NCBI GenBank assembly: GCA_026023565.1
Contig: JAPETS010000046.1
Location: 124,001-187,699, forward strand
Origin: Cirrosporium novae-zelandiae
Lineage: Eukaryota
DNA: 63,699 bases
Direction: 5' to 3'
The notes below the pieces were generated by a model, which searched no databases, was not told where the DNA came from, and worked only from the letters and a program-made list of their open reading frames with translations. The translations under genes and the position numbers were made by a program. Below are positions 56,822 to 63,699 of the stretch, piece by piece; position 1 is the stretch's first letter, and the number at the start of each line of letters is the position of its first letter.

Positions 56822-58318
56822 CTACCTACGCGCTCCACCACCACTCTTGCTCTGCTGCTTAGCCTTCAACCTCCTCAGCGTATCTTCACCTCTCGCACCC
56901 ATGGGTCTAGCAAATTGACTTTCTTGGATAGCAGTGACCACGGGTACAATGTTGTAGCTAGTAGGACCACCTTGGATTCTGGCTCGGTTGGATTTGACGG
57001 GGGGTGCGAGGGCACGTTCGCGGGCTTCGGCAGCGGTTTCTTGAGTTGGGAGTTGGGAGGAGGTGCGGAGGGGGAGTTGGCTGGATGGGGTTAGCATGGG
57101 ATGTGAATGTGGGGGGGGATGAAGGTATACCTGGGGTCGTAGTTGGCTTGGACCATTCTTCTCTTTCTGTAATCATCGCTTCTTTTGAGGATCGGTCTGG
57201 TCCATTCTCCTAGAAGACGCTCGGCCTGTCTCTTGATTCCCAATTCTGGCCTCTTGCTCTTCGTGTAGAAAAGTGTGACTTTTCCAATTCCACTTGCTAC
57301 CAAAGTCTCTTTTGTGATGGGCAGTTTGGCCAAAGCTGAAAATAGGTCTCTTTGGATGTTATAAGCTGGTAAACTACCGTCATCGAGAGGTTCCAAAAAG
57401 AAACGCACTGCTTCCAGAAGATTGGTTTCGGGATCAACAAGCTGGTCCACATGTGTATTCTTGTTTAGCAAAGCGACGACTTCGGGAAGCATCTTCAACT
57501 TGTGCATTGCGGGCTTGGGAGGTTTCGAGCTTCGAGCGATTGTGTCAGCTTGTGCGGCCTCTGTCATCCGTCGGCGTACATCTTCGATTTCGGCGTCAAA
57601 AGAATCAAGGTCCTACCAAACGGTTAGATTCGAATCTCAAAAGGAGTCCATAGGACTTACGATCCCATCTTGTTTTCGAGCACGTCGTTTATTTGGATTT
57701 CGAAGGGCTTCATCCATAGCTCTGTCAAGAGCTCTCCGTCGTCCTGCACGCAACCCATTAGCTATGCATCTAAATCCATAAACCATTGAATAGCCTACTC
57801 TCTTCTGGATCCAGCGCGTCTTCATTCTCCGGCGTAACCTGTCTCTTTTTAGGCTTCCCCTTCTTTTCCACATCTCTTGCTTTCCTCTTTCTCTTCCCTT
57901 CAACTTCTTCCCCTCCACTAAAATTCTCTTCATCGTCCTCACGTCTCTTCTTTTGCTTTTTCTCCCTACGCCTTTCTTTAGGCTTCTTCTGCTTTTCACC
58001 CTCTTCGCCTTCAGCTCGCTTCTTCCTGTGTCGCCCGAGTAGTTTAACGGTGTCTTCATCAACAACAAGAGCTGGCCGCTCATGCTCAATGGCAACATTA
58101 GCAGGGTCGAAATCTTCAAACTGGGCTTCATCGACTTCGGATAGAACTGATTCGTCATCCTCTACATCATCCATATCCTGCGTAGAATTGGCAACTGGAG
58201 GGGTAGGAGTATCTTTATCTTCGTTCATAGGGTCGTTTGGATCAGTTGGGTCGTGACTGGCTTCAGGTAAAGGCGACATCGGCCTGGAAGGTGGATCGCT
58301 CATGTCGATGTCAGACAT
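56822..58318 (-). CDS. IWS1: Transcription elongation factor Iws1/Spn1
   Basis: Introns 57744-57798, 57613-57660, 57081-57130. Acidic/basic N-terminus; TFIIS-N-like domain KPAMHKLKMLPEV...FFLEPLDDGSLPAYNIQRDLF...SGIGKV...WTRPIL. Confidence 0.95.
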
Positions 58319-58770
58319 ATCGTGATTTTTGTGAAATGTGGTGAAAAGAAAGGCGCGACACCTCCGTGGAGGTATTAAGGGTTGGTAGAATATTATTAAA
58401 GTGGAGGAGTTGTTTTTTGTAGCTGTATTGTAGCTCTGTTGCGAATGAGTCTCTTGTCGGCTCCGTAACTAAAGTTCGCGTCGAGTTACCTTGGATGAGT
58501 TGAGGTAAGTTAAGACCCGTTTGTTTTGCTGTGGTATCAAGGCGAAATAATCCCTAGTACGGTAGAACTGCTCTACACGGAATTTAACTACTTCAAGTAA
58601 CCGCTAGGCCATGTTTAGTATGGTGACTAATTACCTCATCTTTTCTATCACAAAGACGATTCGGTTGGAAAAACGTCAGAATTATTTTATTCCCAAGCTC
58701 CAACTTTAACCACCGATCTTTCCTCACTGTTAATTCACCGCCATAACCACCACTACATAGATCTTACAAT

Positions 58771-59127
58771 ATGATGTTCGGAGGAGGTGTGTATTCCTAA
58801 ATACTACTAATGAATTTTACTTATAATTCTCTAGGACCACCGCCACCTAGTAAGGAAGAGCTCAAGGTATAAGCTCCCCTCCGTCCATCGAACTAACAGT
58901 CTCGCCAATACCGCTTTTCAAACTTCATCACTAACTAGAGTCATTAACTACAGGCTCAGGAGGAAGAGGCCAACACTACAGTCAAGAGAGTCATCGTAGG
59001 ATGCATCCTTCTTTACCTCTGTAAGCTCTCACCATTTTCAATGTACTCTTCAAAATGATGAGACTTGTGCTAATAATCGAAAATTTCAGCTCCTTTCGCT
59101 CTTGACTACGTCAGTAAATTAGTCTGA
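58771..59127 (+). CDS. TOM5: Mitochondrial import receptor subunit Tom5 (~50 aa, 4 exons)
   Basis: Exons 58771-58786, 58835-58866, 58954-59020, 59090-59127 give MMFGGGPPPPSKEELKAQEEEANTTVKRVIVGCILLYLSPFALDYVSKLV*. All introns are GT-AG with CTAAY branch sites; MFGG start and LYLSPF tail anchor. Confidence 0.88.
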
Positions 59128-59419
59128 TTCGCCTCGGTACCATACGTTTACCTTTACATATTCCTTATGAATACGCCAGGGTCTGGATATGGAGTTTGAA
59201 TGATAAGATGTCACGAACATAAAGCTTAGAGGCTCGGTGTATATTATATATTGTACAGGGAAATATCCCGATCTATTGCTCTTAGCAGGCGGTAGAGAAA
59301 TACTGTGCTTCGGCAAGCAACTCGCTTCAATGCAACTCGAGAATTGTTAACCTACCCTTCTAATTCTTCCGTCAAACGCCTCTAGAAATGCAACATGGGT
59401 ATTAACATTAATCGTGTTA

Positions 59420-60850
59420 TTAAGAGCTGCCATTTTTTGATTCTGGTCCCTTCCAACCCGACTTCTCGGCCCAGTCCGTAAAATCTTTCTGGATTGACTC
59501 CAGTTCTTGTTGTAGAAGTTTAAGCTGATTTTCGAAATCATTCAGGGCCTATAAGTTTTATTAGCAACCTTCAAATAGGATAGTGCATCTTAGACAAACC
59601 TTTTGTGCAGCCTTTTTAAATTCGTCATCAACTTCATTATCCCCATTTGTAGCATCTTTACCAACCCGTTCCATCTCGGCCTCCAGATGTCCAGCTGTTT
59701 CACGAATCATAATCATTCTCGCCCAGATTTCCTCCCCTCTTCCAGTCAATGCAGGATCAAAAACTGTCTTCTCTAGAGCGAGAATTCTTTTGCGTAGTTC
59801 ATCCTCGACATCCTCAATAACAAATCCCCTATTGCGCAACACCTGCACCTTTGCAGCAAGATGGAGACATCGGCGGCTTAGGGCTACATGTTTCCGTTTT
59901 GCGTCTTCCGCCCTAACTTCAATAACCACACTATGATGCTGTAGCATAACAGTCAAGCTCTCATTGATAGCCTTCATTTTATCCCGCATCTGAACCATCC
60001 GATTTCCCTGGAATGCTAATCTCAATCCAAGTTCAAAGAATCCATGAACGAGTACTGGAATAGCTCCCGGACTTGGCCGTTTCTTAAGGGCCTCTTCCCA
60101 TTTTTCCTCATCTTCACTTGGTCCGGGTCGGTAGAAGACAGCTTGATCTTCGGGTACCGAGTTATACAGATAGGTCTGGAAATCAGAACTAGGAGAAAAA
60201 CGGTTCCATCGTTCAAAAAGAATCTTGATCTGTTCAGGAACGGATTTCGTCCCTTGATATAATATTAGATAACCTAGAACCAGATTACAAACCAAAATTA
60301 ACTTACTACTTATCCCACTTCCAGGCGACCATACTGAAGATCGGTTTTGAGAGAGCGCAAGCTGCTGCGGTTGTTGTTGCTGCTGTTGGGAAATCCCAAA
60401 TAGAGTATTCCCTTGAGGTTGCTGGAGACTTTGACCGAGTAGACCAGTGTTTTGTTGCGGCTGTTGTTGCTGCTGTTGTTGCTGTTGCTGTTGCTGCTGC
60501 TGAGGCTGCTGAACTCTACCAAATAGAGATTCACCACTTTGCTGTGATTGACCGAAGAGTCCTGTAGATTGCTGTTGCTGAGGTGTAGATCCTAGTGTTC
60601 CAGACTGTTGTTGTGTGTTGCCGAAAAGGCTTGGTCTTTGCTGCTGTGATGCCCCGAATAGCCCTCCACTTTGCTGTTGATTTGTCGATCCAAACAAGCC
60701 ACCAGCTTGTTGCGCCTGGGAAGTATTTGTTGACGAAAAGAGACTCGGTTTATTTTGGGTTGTCGATGATCCGAAGAGACTTCCGGTTCCAGTGTTTTGC
60801 TGTTGAGTTTGTCCAAACAAGGAGCTTCCTGTATTTCCAAAAAGAGACAT
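59420..60850 (-). CDS. NUP57: FG nucleoporin Nup57/Nup54
   Basis: SLFG/GLFG repeats and poly-Q, then Nup54 domain ([34 protein letters not shown]). Introns 60253-60306 and 59549-59599; last exon ALNDFENQL...NGSS*. Confidence 0.92.
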
Positions 60851-61299
60851 GTTGGCCCTATTTCAATATCAAGTGCAGCGCTACCACGCTCAAACGCAGA
60901 TTAATGCTTTTCTAAGGGTGGAGGAGGATTTGGATGAAATGGAATGTGGTGGTAAATGGATGGCGCAAAAAGCGCAAAAAATGGCAGTATACACTTTTTC
61001 AAATACTCATGCCCATGACAATATTTTCTGTACACTCGAAATAATGGACGACGTAACCAAGAACTGGAAAGAATATTGGTGAAGTGAATTTGGAATAGTT
61101 GTTGAAATTGTTTTGGGAAAATCGAAGTCGCGTCTGGAAGCTGTAGGAAGGGAACCAATGAGAATTGGAGATATTCAAGGCGGAGAAGAACCGCCGATAG
61201 AAGCTTGCCAATCATCCACAACCGAGCCATTCGACTTGAACGACCAAGGCACCAAAAGACATCTCTACTCTACCTTGGAGGCATTGACATATAAGTACA

Positions 61300-62109
61300 A
61301 TGGCTTCCCGTCAGCCAAGGTATGATCTGACATCCATTACCGTAGTTCTTGTAATTAATCATTCCGTGCAGATTTAACCAGAAAGCCCTGGTGGATACCA
61401 CTCCACTCCCCGATAATATCCCCAAGGTCAATGAGATCGGTGCCAGTTCCGCCCCGCTGCTGAGCGCTTCTTTTTTTATCGGTGCCAGGTGCAGGCCGTA
61501 TAACGATGATTACATGAAGTGCAAGACCGAAGCCAATGGCAGAGGAGAACTAGAATGCATGAGAGAAGGCAGAAAGGTCACAAGATGTGCTGCGAGTGTG
61601 TACGTGCTATTATTCCGGAAGGTCTGAACACCTGTTTCTGGACTGACTGGTCCGTCGCAGTATTAAGGACGTCAATACCCACTGCCTTGAGCAATTCCGC
61701 AAGCACTGGCAATGTCTCGATAACAATAACCAAAACCTATGGGAGTGCCGGCCTGCAGAGCGCCGTCTCAATGCTTGCGTATATGAAAACCTGGTATAAT
61801 CCTCTAACCTTTCCTCCTAACCCCTGGACTCATCCGTCTTCGTAGAAACTAGAAAAGACCATCCCCGATACACCCGGAAAGGAAATCCCCGTTCATCTCC
61901 GCCAAAACCAAATCTATTCGAGTCACAAATTTACGGACTGGTTGCGCCACGGCCAATACAATACGGAGGTTGCACATAGGGAGCTTGAGAAAGCACGCCA
62001 AGATCCGGAATATAAAAAACAGCTTCATGAACAGTTATCAGGGCAGAAGGATATATTCTCAAAGGGAATGTTAAGAGCTTTGAACACCCTTGATGTGCCA
62101 AAGGCATGA
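61300..62109 (+). CDS. NDUFA8: Complex I accessory subunit NDUFA8 / 20.8 kDa (CX9C motifs), ~214 aa
   Basis: Exons 61300-61319, 61372-61599, 61661-61793, 61846-62109. EIGASSAPLLSASFFIGARCRPYNDDYMKC...CMREGRKVTRC...CLEQFRKHWQC...CRPAERRLNAC. Confidence 0.93.
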
Positions 62110-62363
62110 AGGATTCAAGCTACTGTGTATTTACTGATCGTATTCTCTGAGGCCGTAACCTTTAAGAGGCTTGTTAGTTCAATGAAGCATTTATCAAATC
62201 TGCTTACAATTTCTACAGCTTCTGCAACCAAAACCATAATCACTAACACCATCCTATCTGATGTCCTAACGTCAATGCATATACATGTACAGTACAATGA
62301 TTGCACGTCTCTAAAGTTAAATTCTCAAATCCAGACCGATTGTCGATTATATTCTCTGGCAGA

Positions 62364-62493
62364 GCGCAAGTCTCACCCCTTCACCATCCTCAATCTTCAA
62401 CCCCCCTCCTCCCTACACACAAGTGACTAAGCAGCGAAGCACAAATCTCACCCCTTCCCCATCCCTCAATTTTCAATTCCCCTGCTCCCTACA
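62364..62493 (+). repeat. Imperfect ~54-bp direct repeat, period 75 bp
   Basis: GCGCAAGTCTCACCCCTTCACCATCCTCAATCTTCAA...CTCCCTACA vs GCACAAATCTCACCCCTTCCCCATCCCTCAATTTTCAA...CTCCCTACA. Confidence 0.75.
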
Positions 62494-63099
62494 AGCTACA
62501 AGCTCCTAAGCACTTCTTCTTTCACCTTACCCTCAGTACATCAGCCATCATCTTTTCCTATCAACTTCCACACTAGCCACATCACATCCTCCAGCCCAGG
62601 CACACACACCAAGAGCCAGATAAATTCCCTTCAAAGAACTCTACCAGCCAAAAACCCAACTCGTACTTCTCCATTTGGCATAACAGACCAATCTTCGACC
62701 TCGTAGATTATGGGGTCAATCCAAAAAATTTTTTAATTCGGGAGTCAAGGGAGAAGGAGGCAAATAATGACTCTCTCTTTCTGGATAGAGAATCCCCCGT
62801 TTTTTTCTTATCCGTCCATGGATCTTATATACAGATCAGATCAGATCAAATACATAAGCGAAAGTGGAACCAAATACCAATAGGTTTCTAGACGAGGCAA
62901 GGCAAGAGGGACTCTTCTCCAGGACCAGGATCAGGATCAGGACCGAGTGGCTGACTGACTATATTCATTCCACCCCCCCTCCCCCAGAGATTCCTTTTTT
63001 TCTTTAGCAGGGATCAATATATGTATGTATGTTAACAACGACGGGTCGTCTGAGTCTCGACCTTGATGTGAATGATCCTCCCTAGTTTGACTCAACAAC

Positions 63100-63699
63100 G
63101 TGTAAGCTGTAAGCGAAAAGGGTATACATACTCATACGTAGTAGTAGTTTTGCCAGCGTGTGTGTGTGATGAGACGGGGAATTTATACATATAAATGTAC
63201 ATATATACAGCAAAATACACGACAGCTCATCACCCCCCCATAAGACCTATACTTTATACACTTCCACACTTCCACACTTGCCATCCAATCCATCCAATCT
63301 CTTCTCCTAAGGGGGTGATTGTAAATAGGTAAGTAAGTAAATAAATAAAATATAATTCCCTATCCTATCCCTATTTCTATTGTTTTTTTTTTAAAAAAAA
63401 AAGGAAAATCTTATCTGTGTAAGCAAAAGCAAAGAAAGTTTTATCCTCCTGGGGGCGGGGTGGATGAAATGAGAGGGGAGGGAATATTTGTCTATTTGTA
63501 TTTGTATTTGTATGTCGTTGAGGGGGGGGGGCACAACACAACACATCCTCATTCTAGTGATTTTTTGAATTTTGAGTTATTTATTTTTTGTAGGTATGGT
63601 TCTAATAGTATGTATGTATGTATGTATGTATGTATGTATGTATAATGGTGATAGGGAATGGTGATGTATGTAGATGGGGATAGTGGGGGGGGGGGGGGG
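63100..63699. repeat. Microsatellite/low-complexity tract
   Basis: (GT)n, (TATG)~8 at ~63609-63642, terminal poly-G. Confidence 0.85.

Overview
Eukaryotic DNA from a filamentous ascomycete (Pezizomycotina-type genes with short GT-AG introns and CTRAY branch sites). Read manually across introns, the window holds a core block of veA, an SDR, a conserved hypothetical gene, a JmjC demethylase (kdmA/RPH1), carnitine acetyltransferase (facC type), a CAP/PR-1 secreted protein, SPATA20/YyaL, an ACC-synthase-like aminotransferase, IWS1, a 4-exon TOM5 missed by the ORF track, NUP57 and NDUFA8. Between these lie microsatellite-rich islands and decaying accessory genes: an MFS transporter, a large DUF7580-like fusion gene, and a head-to-head NACHT-type N-terminal remnant plus AAA+ ATPase. 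Many of their lesions look like RIP (CpA>TpA). Highlights are the dead NLR-like/AAA+ pair, a 90-bp hAT-type MITE with an 8-bp target-site duplication, and the veA 5'UTR with its ~11-kb gene-free upstream region. All family assignments come from recognised motifs, with no database search. No tRNA, rRNA or CRISPR was seen.
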